From positions 2,208,001 through 2,272,000 of the forward strand of contig OY821645.1 in the NCBI GenBank assembly GCA_963682135.1: 64,000 nucleotides of DNA. Reading direction: 5' to 3'. The stretch is from Methanothrix sp. (lineage in GTDB: Archaea; Halobacteriota; Methanosarcinia; Methanotrichales; Methanotrichaceae). Of this stretch, positions 18,964 to 28,856 are shown one piece after another. Every line of letters begins with the position of its first letter. Position 1 is the stretch's first letter. A program made the position numbers and the translations under genes. The notes under the pieces were generated by a model. The model was not told the DNA's origin and made no database searches. It worked only from the letters and a program-made list of their open reading frames with translations.

Positions 18964-20490
18964 TTATCCTCCTCCTATAGTAATTATAGAGGGGGCTCTG
19001 CCATACAGAAGCTGAGCACCAGTAATATCACCATTTCCCAGCGTCCTCTGTGGTCCGTTGTAGAGATTCATCACCTGATCGAAGTCATTGGTGCGTTCAT
19101 CGCTGGGCGGCAAAACTCCTCCGTAAGTTGTGGAGTATATATCGCCCATGCCAATGCAGTGGCCCAGTTCATGCAGGGCAACGCTTTGCAGGTCCATCTC
19201 GCCGGTCGTCTGGGCAGTGGTGAGACTTGTCGTCCACTCATAATCGAGATTGTACCAGGTATCGGATTCAGTAATGCTGTAGTAACCATCTTTCTGTGTA
19301 CCATCGGTCCACCAGCGATTAAGCGCAACAAAGCTATTCCCAAATGCATTCCAACCATGCACGTTGTAGCCGTCTCTCTTGGGCGTACTGCTGAATGGAG
19401 CGTCCACTACCTTATTTTCGTCTACTATCACCGTAGTTGTATCTGCAAAGACATTGCCGGCCACAGCATCATCCCAGGTATTGGCAGCAGCAGCAATTGC
19501 TTCTTTCGAAGAGGTCGAGGTGAGCTGCGCAGGCGTGCCGGTTGGATTTAAGTAGATCTGTATCTTGGGATCAAGAGTATTCCAGCGATATCCTGTAAGC
19601 CTAAAAGAGGAATAGGATCCGCCAGTCAAAGTCATTGTGCTCTGAGAGATCTCGGAAGCCTTTGCAGTCTTTTTTCCATCGGCCAGGTCAAAATTGAGGA
19701 CGCTCACATCAAAGCTGCCTATATCGCTTCCATCTCCCACCACTCGCTGCCCGGAAATGCCCATCATCGCACTCTTGCGGATCGAGGAAACGGCATTAAA
19801 GGAGTCGCTGTTTAGAACGAGGACATCATCAATGGATGCAATGCCACTTGATATAGCACGCTTTGACGCAGCAGATACGAGATTGGCTTTCATACTGCCC
19901 TGGCCATAATAGCTGCCTTCTGCCAGCATTACATTCTCTTCACCCAGTGCTCCCGATACCACTTTGCCACCTTGGCCTTCCATCTCTGTAATCTGCCGGG
20001 CAAAGGTGCCTTGCCCATTACCCGCAAAGAGGCTCTGCGAGCTGGACAGCACACCATAGACCACTCCCGCCTCCTGGCCGGCATTCGCACCGCCCTGCAT
20101 GCTCTGCATATTGAGACTCAGGAAACCTGCTCCTGTCACATCCTGATTTATATTAGCCTCTTCCCCAGAGGCAACATAGGACGCCGAAATAGAGAGCGTT
20201 CCCTGGCTGTTGACGTCACTGGTCAGAGCATAACTATTTCCGGATAGTGACTGCATCAATCTGTTTCTTCCTGCGCCTTCAACTTGTAGATTGGAGGAAA
20301 TTCTTCCCGAGTCGAGGTTGATACCTTGTTTTAGCTGCGTGGATGTATCTAGATCATAGCTCTGGGAAGAGGACGACATTTCATCACCATCTGATGAAGT
20401 GACTCTTACCGTAATTCCCATCGCAGTCGTTTCCACGATGCAGATTATTAAAAAACAAATAAATACAGATCGTGCAATATTTACCCACAT
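18964..20490 (-). CDS. Secreted matrixin/M10-like zinc metalloprotease
   Basis: Signal peptide; HELGHCIGMGD; Met-turn QVMN; L..GDITG.Q.LYG. Confidence 0.82.
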   Translation of the reverse strand: MWVNIARSVFICFLIICIVETTAMGITVRVTSSDGDEMSSSSQSYDLDTSTQLKQGINLDSGRISSNLQVEGAGRNRLMQSLSGNSYALTSDVNSQGTLSISASYVASGEEANINQDVTGAGFLSLNMQSMQGGANAGQEAGVVYGVLSSSQSLFAGNGQGTFARQITEMEGQGGKVVSGALGEENVMLAEGSYYGQGSMKANLVSAASKRAISSGIASIDDVLVLNSDSFNAVSSIRKSAMMGISGQRVVGDGSDIGSFDVSVLNFDLADGKKTAKASEISQSTMTLTGGSYSSFRLTGYRWNTLDPKIQIYLNPTGTPAQLTSTSSKEAIAAAANTWDDAVAGNVFADTTTVIVDENKVVDAPFSSTPKRDGYNVHGWNAFGNSFVALNRWWTDGTQKDGYYSITESDTWYNLDYEWTTSLTTAQTTGEMDLQSVALHELGHCIGMGDIYSTTYGGVLPPSDERTNDFDQVMNLYNGPQRTLGNGDITGAQLLYGRAPSIITIGGG

Positions 20491-21056
20491 AGATCCTCAG
20501 CAGACATGCATTAATAAGTATTATACCTAGTAAGTATTTTGCAAAATTATGTTCTTATATTATAAGTATAAATAGATTACTCAGTCAACAATTATTAAAT
20601 AATATACATCATATCTTGTAAAATGATTTGGTAAAGATAGTAACTATTTTCAAAAATATCTATTATCAATTGGTAATTTTGCTAAGATCTGTCTTAGAAC
20701 TTATTAATCGATTTATTAGTGAGTGATAACTCAGCAAGCTATAGTATCTTTTTTCCGCAGAGCCTGCAGTCAATTCTTCTCACGAATCTCATATGCTCGA
20801 AAGGAGATGCATTCGCGATACCGGGCTACGAGGAAGATGCATGAACCTGCATTGTAGTTCTCCACTTGTAGGAGCCCACGGCTTCCATCTGCCGTTGCCT
20901 TCCCGGCTGCATTAGGTTTTGAGCATGCATCCATATACGCTTCATGAGTGCGTGGTTTTCACGCCTATTGGTTATTAATGCGAAACCAGAAAAATCATAT
21001 GCGAGAACGCGTATGAGTTTACATAATTATTAAGCTTTATGATTTGGGTGAGTGAT

Positions 21057-22337
21057 ATGAATATCAGGAATATGCTAATGGCTATCATTCTGTTGAGTCT
21101 GGCGAATGCTGCAGCAGTACTTCCAATTCTCGCGCAGGATGAGGCTACGGGTGTGACAGGTATATCACATAGAGCACCATCTAATGAATCCGAGTTGGCC
21201 TCCTTTGTTGAACTTGCCGCGTCGCATGCAAGAGATGTTGGTAAAGTTGAAGCTATAAAGGATTTTATGGACCTGAATGGCTCTTGGGTCAGGGGAGACG
21301 TATACATCTTCGCCCATGATTTTAATGGCACCTCTCTGTGCCTGCCATACATGCCCAAAGAAGTTGGCACCAATCGATCGGATATTCAGAATGAACAAGG
21401 AATTTACATCAACCGGGATATGCGATCCATCGCCTTGAACAGGAGCGGCTTTTATGAGTACAACTGGCAAAATCCCCTCACCAATCAGAGCGAACCCAAG
21501 GTAAGCTATGTGATGAAGGTGGATGATACCTGGTATCTGGGTGCCGGTATCTACAAAGCAGAATTGAATTCAGATACAAATTCAGAAAACGCCACTATTG
21601 GAACCGACAACGACATGGCATATTTCCTTATGCAACTCCAGGCAAGTATACAAGGCCAGCTGAATGATCTTGATAGGGCCGTGGCAGATTCGTCCTATCA
21701 GCTCTCTGCAGCCGGAATCGAAGGTAATAAAGCAAGAAGCATCCTGCTAAACTTAACCGATTCAAGCCCCGATTTCGTAGAAGCGACCACCGGCAGTCCT
21801 GACGGAAAGATTGCAGCCGCAGAGCCTGCCGTTTTCAGGAATTCCGAAGGAACCGATATCAGCAAGAATGACGCCACAATTCGCTTAATGCAAACCAAGA
21901 GTCCCGTTTTCAGTTCGGTGTTTCGCCTTGTAGAGGGCTATGATGCCTCAATAATCTCATATCCGGTCTTCTCCGCCTCGGGTCAATTCATCGGTGGGGT
22001 GGGAGCGATCATCAAACCGGCTGATCTCTTGGGATCGATAATCGAACCCAGTTTGCTGGAGACAAATTACAGTGTCACGGTCATACAAACGGATGGCCTA
22101 TCGCTGTATGATTCAGATCCTAGTCAAGTGGGGAAGAATCTATTTGATGATCCCATGTATCAGTCATATCCCCAGCTGTTGGCTTTGGGCAAGAATGTGG
22201 TGGCAGAACGTTTTGGAATGGGGAGCTATATCTTCCTCAATAAAGAGCATGATAGAAATGTTACCAAAGAAGTGTACTGGACGAGCGTAGGGCTTCATGG
22301 CAACGAGTGGCGATTGGTCGCCTCTCGAGACACTTGA
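21057..22337 (+). CDS. Secreted multi-Cache-domain protein
   Basis: Signal peptide; single-Cache motifs YIFAHDFNG..Y.W.NP..K.SYV..WYLGAGIY; dCache-like C-terminal part; no output domain. Confidence 0.8.
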   Translation: MNIRNMLMAIILLSLANAAAVLPILAQDEATGVTGISHRAPSNESELASFVELAASHARDVGKVEAIKDFMDLNGSWVRGDVYIFAHDFNGTSLCLPYMPKEVGTNRSDIQNEQGIYINRDMRSIALNRSGFYEYNWQNPLTNQSEPKVSYVMKVDDTWYLGAGIYKAELNSDTNSENATIGTDNDMAYFLMQLQASIQGQLNDLDRAVADSSYQLSAAGIEGNKARSILLNLTDSSPDFVEATTGSPDGKIAAAEPAVFRNSEGTDISKNDATIRLMQTKSPVFSSVFRLVEGYDASIISYPVFSASGQFIGGVGAIIKPADLLGSIIEPSLLETNYSVTVIQTDGLSLYDSDPSQVGKNLFDDPMYQSYPQLLALGKNVVAERFGMGSYIFLNKEHDRNVTKEVYWTSVGLHGNEWRLVASRDT

Positions 22338-22582
22338 CTTGATAACAAACGGCGATAAAAAATGAAACTATGTGGATTATCAGACATCAACCATGATGAC
22401 CGCATGATGTTTCTATTTTTTTATATATCTGTGCCGATATACTCGATGCTGTAGCACTCCTTATAAATGCAGCCGCAACTAACTCCCAATAATGCCTTAT
22501 GTATGGCAATCTTCATAAACTCGCTTGTGATTCTTCCCGGTCGACGCATAGCGCCCTAACAAAAGCATGATGTGATCAAAAA

Positions 22583-23098
22583 ATGAAGAACTGGAATATG
22601 CTCATGGCATTAATCTCGCTGCTGATTGCTGCATTTTTTGTTATGCCATCAGCCATGGCAAGTGAAGAATCGATCGGATTGGCTAACGAATCACAGATGG
22701 ATGCATACAACACTACGGAATTGGTATCATTTGTTGAGTCTGCGGTGGCCTATGCTCGTGAGAACGGCAAAGATAAAGCGCTCGATGTGTTTTCCAATAA
22801 GACCGGCTCATTTGTCCAGGGAAAACTCTACATCTATGCCTATGACTTTAACGGAACCAACATTGCTCATCCCTTCAAACCAGATTGGATCGGCAAGAAC
22901 AAGATAAACCAGACTGATTCCAATGGCGTTTCCTATATCAGAAACCTGATCGCGGTTGCCAAAGAAGGAAAAGGATTTACTTACTTCATCTTCCCCAATC
23001 CTGCTCATGATAACAGAGACGAGTTCAAGATCGGCTACGCAATGAAAGTAGATGACACTTGGTGGCTGGGATCTGGAATCTACGTATCATGTCCTTGA
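22583..23098 (+). CDS. Secreted single Cache-domain protein
   Basis: Signal peptide; YIYAYDFNGT..AHP, KVDDTWWLGSGIY. Confidence 0.85.
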   Translation: MKNWNMLMALISLLIAAFFVMPSAMASEESIGLANESQMDAYNTTELVSFVESAVAYARENGKDKALDVFSNKTGSFVQGKLYIYAYDFNGTNIAHPFKPDWIGKNKINQTDSNGVSYIRNLIAVAKEGKGFTYFIFPNPAHDNRDEFKIGYAMKVDDTWWLGSGIYVSCP

Positions 23099-23236
23099 TG
23101 AGCAGTAATCTATTTTTTTTAACGCGAGAAGGGCAGAACAGATATCGCCGTTGATGGAACTATCGTATCCGTCCAAATCCGCTTATTTTGTCAATGATTA
23201 GGCAATAGCTCTGCCGTCCATGCCGGGTTATTTCCA

Positions 23237-24409
23237 TCAGGATATTCCTCTCTTGGCTTTGCTCCGGAGAGTGGAAAGCTTTTGCAGGGCATCCTCCAGA
23301 GTGTCTATCTTCTTAGCGAAGTGGAAGCGTATCAAATGCCTTACATCTTCCCGGAAGAAGCTGGAGCCTGGAACGGCGGCCACGCCCACCTCCTTTGCCA
23401 TCCATTCGCAAAAGACGGTATCGTCCGGGCAGCCGAATTCAGATATATCCATCATTACATAATAAGCCCCCTGCGGATAGGTGTAAGTGAAACCTTCTTC
23501 ATCCAATCCCTTGATGAAAAAGTTTCTCTTCTGTGTGTACATCTCGCATAGCCCCTCATAATACTCATCAGGAAAGCCAAGCGCTGTGACTGCTGCCTCT
23601 TGCAGGGGTGCGGGCGCGCCTACCGTCAGAAAATCATGCACCTTTCTTACCCCATCGATTATGGCAGGAGAAGCTATCAAATATCCCAGCCTCCAGCCGG
23701 TGATGGAATAGGTCTTGGATAGAGAACTGCAGGATAGAGTTCTCTCAAACATGCCGGGCAAAGATGCGAAATAGATATGCTTGTAGGGTTTGTAGACAAT
23801 ATGCTCGTAGACCTCATCAGTTATTACGAATACATCGTACCGATCAGCCTGATCAGCTATGAACTGCAGCTCCTCTAATGTGAAGACCTTTCCTGTAGGA
23901 TTGGAGGGATTGCATAGAATCAGCGCCTTGGGCCTCTGCTCAAATGCCGCCTTCAACTCTTTTTCATCAAATGAGAAGCTGGGAGGATGTAGCGGCACAA
24001 AGATGGGCTGTGCACCAGAGAGTATGGCATCTGCACCATAATTCTCATAGAAAGGCGAAAAGACGATAACCTTGTCACCTGGATTGCAAACGGTCATCAT
24101 GGCGCACATCATGGCCTCCGTGCTCCCGCAGGTGACAACGATCTCTCTCTCCGGGTCGATGGGCATGCCCATAAACTTCGTCTGTTTTTTGGCCAGAGCT
24201 TCCCGGAAATTCTGAGCGCCCCAGGTTACTGCATACTGATGCGGTCCATTCATGGCCACACTTTCCAAAGCCCGCAAAAGCGGCTCAGGTGGCTGGAAGT
24301 CAGGAAATCCCTGCGAGAGGTTGACGGCCCCATGGGCGTTGGCAATTCTGGTCATTTTGCGGATGACCGATTCTGTGAAATATTCCAGGCGACGGCTTGT
24401 TGACGGCAT
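23237..24409 (-). CDS. Class I/II PLP aminotransferase (YbdL/kynurenine-aminotransferase-like)
   Basis: NLSQGFPDF, NPSNPTG, DEVY, SLSKTYSITGWRLG. Confidence 0.9.
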   Translation of the reverse strand: MPSTSRRLEYFTESVIRKMTRIANAHGAVNLSQGFPDFQPPEPLLRALESVAMNGPHQYAVTWGAQNFREALAKKQTKFMGMPIDPEREIVVTCGSTEAMMCAMMTVCNPGDKVIVFSPFYENYGADAILSGAQPIFVPLHPPSFSFDEKELKAAFEQRPKALILCNPSNPTGKVFTLEELQFIADQADRYDVFVITDEVYEHIVYKPYKHIYFASLPGMFERTLSCSSLSKTYSITGWRLGYLIASPAIIDGVRKVHDFLTVGAPAPLQEAAVTALGFPDEYYEGLCEMYTQKRNFFIKGLDEEGFTYTYPQGAYYVMMDISEFGCPDDTVFCEWMAKEVGVAAVPGSSFFREDVRHLIRFHFAKKIDTLEDALQKLSTLRSKAKRGIS

Positions 24410-24629
24410 AATGCAATTGACCTCTGAATCTATGAAATCCCATATGTGATAGATTAATCTGTGGGTTTGATACTGCACCCAGATATGCGAAATAATTACA
24501 GGCCTCTGCCTATTGATACAAATGAGGAAAGCTCTAAATATTAATGGATTTCAAAGAGTGCCTTAAATTCGCCAATGAGAGAGTCTGATATCCCCATGTT
24601 TAAGTTCGGATGAGGTATTACCGAAAAAT

Positions 24630-25103
24630 ATGCCACTAGATCCCTATGATTATCTGCGCATCCAGATTCAGGTTGATTTCCAATGCCGACGCTGCGGCCA
24701 TTGCTGCCAGGTAGCCGAACCCATTGATATTTATCCTAAAGATATTCGCAGATTAGCGAGCTTTTTTAATACTTCCGAGGAGGAAGTGATAAGAGAATAT
24801 ACCATCCCTCACCCCTGTGAGCCCGACCTCTTGGCCTTCAAGGCGGTAGCTCCCTGCCGATTTTACGACGCGGACCAGAAGGGATGCAAGATATATCAAG
24901 CAAGGCCAATGGTATGCAGATGCAGCCCATTTCTCAGCCCGGGCCAAATTGGACTTGAGGGTGTCGAGATCTATGAGGATTGCCCGGCTTCAGAGGAAAG
25001 TTATATAAGAATTCAAGATGACCTGGACATTCTGCTAGCGCCCAATGCCAAGACGCAAAAGAAACTGGAGAAAGCACTTGCTAAAATGATGCAAATAGAA
25101 TGA
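24630..25103 (+). CDS. YkgJ/CxxCxxCC family Fe-S/Zn cysteine-cluster protein
   Basis: CRRCGHCC, PCRFYD, CKIY..RP..CR..PF. Confidence 0.85.
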   Translation: MPLDPYDYLRIQIQVDFQCRRCGHCCQVAEPIDIYPKDIRRLASFFNTSEEEVIREYTIPHPCEPDLLAFKAVAPCRFYDADQKGCKIYQARPMVCRCSPFLSPGQIGLEGVEIYEDCPASEESYIRIQDDLDILLAPNAKTQKKLEKALAKMMQIE

Positions 25104-26287
25104 AATCCGATGTCGTTGTAATAGGAGCGGGCCCAGGGGGATCTATGGCTGCCAAGGCCGCGGCAGAATCGGGCCTGAATGTTGTTCTTTTGGAAAAGCG
25201 GCAGGAGATAGGAGAGCCTATCAGATGCGCCGAGGGAGTGAGCATCAGATCGGAACTGAAGGGATTGATCAAGGTGCAGCCCGACTGGATATCAACAGAG
25301 GTAAATGGGGTCAGGATGCACTCACCCAATAACGATAATGTGTCCATGACTGTGGAATGCAATGGTGTTGGCGGTGGATACATTCTGGAGAGGAAAAACT
25401 TTGACAGAGGCCTTGCCCTCCAGGCAGCCAGCGCAGGTGCCAATGTCCTGGTCAAGACCCGGGCAATGGGATTGATCAGGAAAGACGGTCTATGGAGAGT
25501 ATCTGCCATCTGTCAGGGCGACCCACTTCAGATCGAAGCGCCTCTGATCATAGGCGCGGATGGCGTCGAATCTAAAGTAGCCAGATGGACGGGAATAGGT
25601 GCCAGGCTAAAAGCGGAGGACATAATGGTTTGTGCGCAGTATCTGGTTTTGGATGATAGCATCGACCAGGAATACTGTCAGTTCTTTTTCGGAAATATAA
25701 TGGCTCCGGGAGGCTACGTATGGATCTTTCCCAAAGGGGGCGGACTTGCTAACGTGGGCATCGGCATACAGGGCTCCCAATCCGGCCCTGGCGAGCCCTT
25801 AATGCTGCTGGAGAGATTCATGCGTGGCAGGATGCCGGGGGCCAAGATCTTGCAGATGGTAGCAGGAGGAATTCCTACCTCCGGCCCAATGGATAGTACG
25901 ACTTCCGACGGCATAATGCTGGTTGGCGATGCTGCCCATCAATCTGATCCGCTCACAGGTGGCGGGATCATAAATGCCATAAGGGCGGGAGTAATGGCAG
26001 GGGAGACTGCGGGCAAGGCAGTATCTTCGGGGGATGTAAGTACCACTGCTCTAAGAGAATATGAGGATCGGTGGAGATCATCCATCGGCAAGCAAATAAA
26101 GAAACGCTATCGTGCTAAAGAATTCTTCCTGAAGCTCACAGATGATGATCTGAACCATCTGATAGGATCGCTGTATGGAAAGGATGTCGCCAGCATGAAT
26201 ACAAGAGGCCTGCTAAGCGTTCTTTTTAAGCAGAATCCAAAATTGCTCTGGAGACTGGGTGTCTTTAACCTGATTGAGCGGTTATAG
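25100..26287 (+). CDS. Geranylgeranyl (digeranylgeranylglycerophospholipid) reductase
   Basis: GAGPGG, CAEG, APGGYVWIFPK, VGDAA..DPLTGGGI. Confidence 0.9.
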   Translation: MKSDVVVIGAGPGGSMAAKAAAESGLNVVLLEKRQEIGEPIRCAEGVSIRSELKGLIKVQPDWISTEVNGVRMHSPNNDNVSMTVECNGVGGGYILERKNFDRGLALQAASAGANVLVKTRAMGLIRKDGLWRVSAICQGDPLQIEAPLIIGADGVESKVARWTGIGARLKAEDIMVCAQYLVLDDSIDQEYCQFFFGNIMAPGGYVWIFPKGGGLANVGIGIQGSQSGPGEPLMLLERFMRGRMPGAKILQMVAGGIPTSGPMDSTTSDGIMLVGDAAHQSDPLTGGGIINAIRAGVMAGETAGKAVSSGDVSTTALREYEDRWRSSIGKQIKKRYRAKEFFLKLTDDDLNHLIGSLYGKDVASMNTRGLLSVLFKQNPKLLWRLGVFNLIERL

Positions 26288-26363
26288 GCACTATGAGAAT
26301 CGGATGAAGAATCGATGGATGCATGCTGATGAGTCTGATGCAAAGCGGAGGCGAAAAGAAAAA

Positions 26364-27398
26364 ATGGACTACACTGATGTGCTCGATCGCTATGGGACAA
26401 TTATAGAAGAAGACCTCAAGAGACGATTGGACGAGATGGTAATAGACGGCCAAAAGTACCATCCTTTCCTGGGTGATGTTTATGATGCCACCTGTGAGTT
26501 TGTGCTTAGAGGCGGAAGAAGACTGTCCGCATGCAGCACACTCATTGTCTACCAGGGCTTCGCCGGCAACATTGACGAGCGAATCGTCAGAGTGTGCTCC
26601 GCTATTGAACTCTATCGGCACAGCATCCTCATACATGACGATATAGTGGATGAAGAAGATAGGAGAAGAGGCGCAGAGACGTTGCATAAAACTATCGCCA
26701 AGGGATTTGATGAGCGCTTTGGCGTCGCATCTGCCATGTTTGCCGGAAATATTCTTTATGCGCTGGCCATAGAGTGCCTTTTGAAATCTGGCTTTGAGCA
26801 AAATAAGATTGTAGATGCTACAAAACTGCTGGCTACAGAGTTTCAGGCCGTCAACGAGAGCCAGATCCTGGACATGCTCTTCGAGTACAAGGAGCCGGAT
26901 GTCAAGGAGTGGGAGGTCATGGCTGCCAGAAGAGCTGCCTCTCTCTTCAAGGCATCGATGCTTGTCGGGGGAGTGTTAGCATCGGCTTCCAAAAAGGATC
27001 TGGAGCTTCTTCTTGAAGTTGCCAGGCATATAGGATTCGCCTTCGATATTCAAGATGATATCATCGATACCTTTGCCACTGAGGAGCAGTACGGGAGAGT
27101 CCCCTGTGGGGATATCGGTAAGAGAAAGAAGCCTCTGCATGTCATCCTGGCTTTGCAGAAGGAGAAGCGTCTGGCTGCAATCATGCAGGAAGGCAGAATC
27201 CTTGAGGGTGCGGAGATCGAGTATGTGCAGAATCTGATCAGGGAGTGCGGGGCTCTTGATGAGGCCAAGTCAATCTCAAGAGAGCATGCTGGTAAGGCGG
27301 AAGAAATGATCCTCAAGACCGGTCTGAATCAGGATGCGAAGGACTTCTTCATATCATTTATCCGATTCGTGGACGATAGCCTTGACTGGTACAAATAG
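26364..27398 (+). CDS. Polyprenyl (GGPP-type) diphosphate synthase
   Basis: FARM HDDIVD..RRG; SARM QDDIID. Confidence 0.9.
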   Translation: MDYTDVLDRYGTIIEEDLKRRLDEMVIDGQKYHPFLGDVYDATCEFVLRGGRRLSACSTLIVYQGFAGNIDERIVRVCSAIELYRHSILIHDDIVDEEDRRRGAETLHKTIAKGFDERFGVASAMFAGNILYALAIECLLKSGFEQNKIVDATKLLATEFQAVNESQILDMLFEYKEPDVKEWEVMAARRAASLFKASMLVGGVLASASKKDLELLLEVARHIGFAFDIQDDIIDTFATEEQYGRVPCGDIGKRKKPLHVILALQKEKRLAAIMQEGRILEGAEIEYVQNLIRECGALDEAKSISREHAGKAEEMILKTGLNQDAKDFFISFIRFVDDSLDWYK

Positions 27399-27438
27399 GA
27401 AAAAGCAAAACTTGAGAAACTGAGCAAGAGGAGAAAGG

Positions 27439-27978
27439 ATGAAGGTTTTAGCAGTGCTGGGAAGTCCCAGAAGAGGTGGCAATACCGAGATTCTTGTAGA
27501 TGAAATGCTCAAGGGCGCGGAGTTGAAGGGCCACATTGCAGAAAAGATGCGCCTCTATGATTACGAGATTCTGCCCTGCTTGGACTGTCGGGGCTGCAAA
27601 AGGGCATCGTCCGGCTACACCTGCGTTCTCTCGGACGCAATGAGTGAGATCTATGCCCGGCTGGAAGGAGCCGACCTCATCATCTTCGCAACGCCCATCT
27701 ACTGGTACGGGCCCACCGCCAAGATGAAGCTTCTTATCGATAGGCTGCGGCCCTATATCGCCAGCCGCAAACTAGCGGGCAAGAAAGGAATGGTGGTTAC
27801 TCCATCCGAAGAAGGGGCGGCATGCTGCGGGCCGCTTCTGCAGATGTTTGCCATGTCTTTCGACTATCTGGGCATGGTAAATGCAGGAAGCCTGCTCGCC
27901 CAGGCCTACGAGAAGGGAGAGATCAAAAAGATGTCAGGAGAACTGGAGAGGGCCCAGGAAATGGGATTGTCGCTATAG
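27439..27978 (+). CDS. Iron-sulfur flavoprotein (flavodoxin-like)
   Basis: GSPRRGGNT, CLDCRGC..C, TPIYWY. Confidence 0.88.
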   Translation: MKVLAVLGSPRRGGNTEILVDEMLKGAELKGHIAEKMRLYDYEILPCLDCRGCKRASSGYTCVLSDAMSEIYARLEGADLIIFATPIYWYGPTAKMKLLIDRLRPYIASRKLAGKKGMVVTPSEEGAACCGPLLQMFAMSFDYLGMVNAGSLLAQAYEKGEIKKMSGELERAQEMGLSL

Positions 27979-28063
27979 CTCGCACATTCCAACCCGTTAT
28001 TTCTATTCCTGCCTCAGACGAAACATTCATTATTAATGCGACCATTTTGGTTACCATAGTCCG

Positions 28064-28681
28064 GTGATTTCCATGTGTCCGCACAGATTTATCCCAATTG
28101 GGCTTTTCGCCCTCATTTGCACCTGCATGCTGTTGCCCGGAACAATGGCATCAAGCATCGATCAGAGGTTCAGCTGCATGAAGATCATTAACGCTTCTCA
28201 GACTTTCGAAAATCTCTCACCCCAATTGCCTATAGTCGAATGCCTCTTTCTAAGCGAAGACTACAATTCTCAAGAGGGCATCGTCCGGGAAGGCTGCATG
28301 ATGCCGTTGTTCCGGAGATATATTGCCAAGCAGGGCGAAGAATTCAAGTTGATAGAGAGCATTGAGGATTTCCGGTCGATATTTGCGCCGGTCGAGACTA
28401 AAGAGGAGGCACTGGCTTTCGCCGTAGCACTGACAAGCTCACTGCCGAGATATGATACATCCGTCCCGGAGGATTATTTCCCGGTATCGCCATCCATAAC
28501 GCCGACATACGCAAAAGAAACTGAAGGCGGCTACATGGTCCATCTATTCGACAGCGAAATATGCGGCTGTGGCTCGCATCCATATTATGCCATCGATTAT
28601 CTCGTTACAAGAGATGGCAATGTGACCGAATTGTCGAGGGAAAAGGTCTACGACAGCAATATGCAAATTTGCGTGGATTAA
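28064..28681 (+). CDS. Secreted hypothetical protein
   Basis: Signal peptide; CGCGSHP. Confidence 0.65.
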   Translation: MISMCPHRFIPIGLFALICTCMLLPGTMASSIDQRFSCMKIINASQTFENLSPQLPIVECLFLSEDYNSQEGIVREGCMMPLFRRYIAKQGEEFKLIESIEDFRSIFAPVETKEEALAFAVALTSSLPRYDTSVPEDYFPVSPSITPTYAKETEGGYMVHLFDSEICGCGSHPYYAIDYLVTRDGNVTELSREKVYDSNMQICVD

Positions 28682-28774
28682 GCGTGTAATGGCAAGAGTT
28701 AGCTGCATTAGACGGGACGCGTTCCAATCATCCCTGGTACAGCGAGGCCGAAGTCAACCGGCGGCGCACCCAGG

Positions 28775-28809
28775 CGCAGCAGAGCTGCGGGGTACTCAAA
28801 ATAATAAAA
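28775..28809. repeat. REP-like palindrome, copy 1
   Basis: cgcagc-aga-gctgcg-gggta...aaa.taaa; related copy at 43143-43173. Confidence 0.45.
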
Positions 28810-28856
28810 CCATAATATGGCTTGAGAAGCTACCTTTGCTCAAGCTTTGAATTTAG

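Noticed and set aside
20690-20970. Possible IS605/MITE relic (gagcccacggcttc ... gtggttttcac)
   Set aside because: Only partial resemblance; no complete hairpin or transposase trace.
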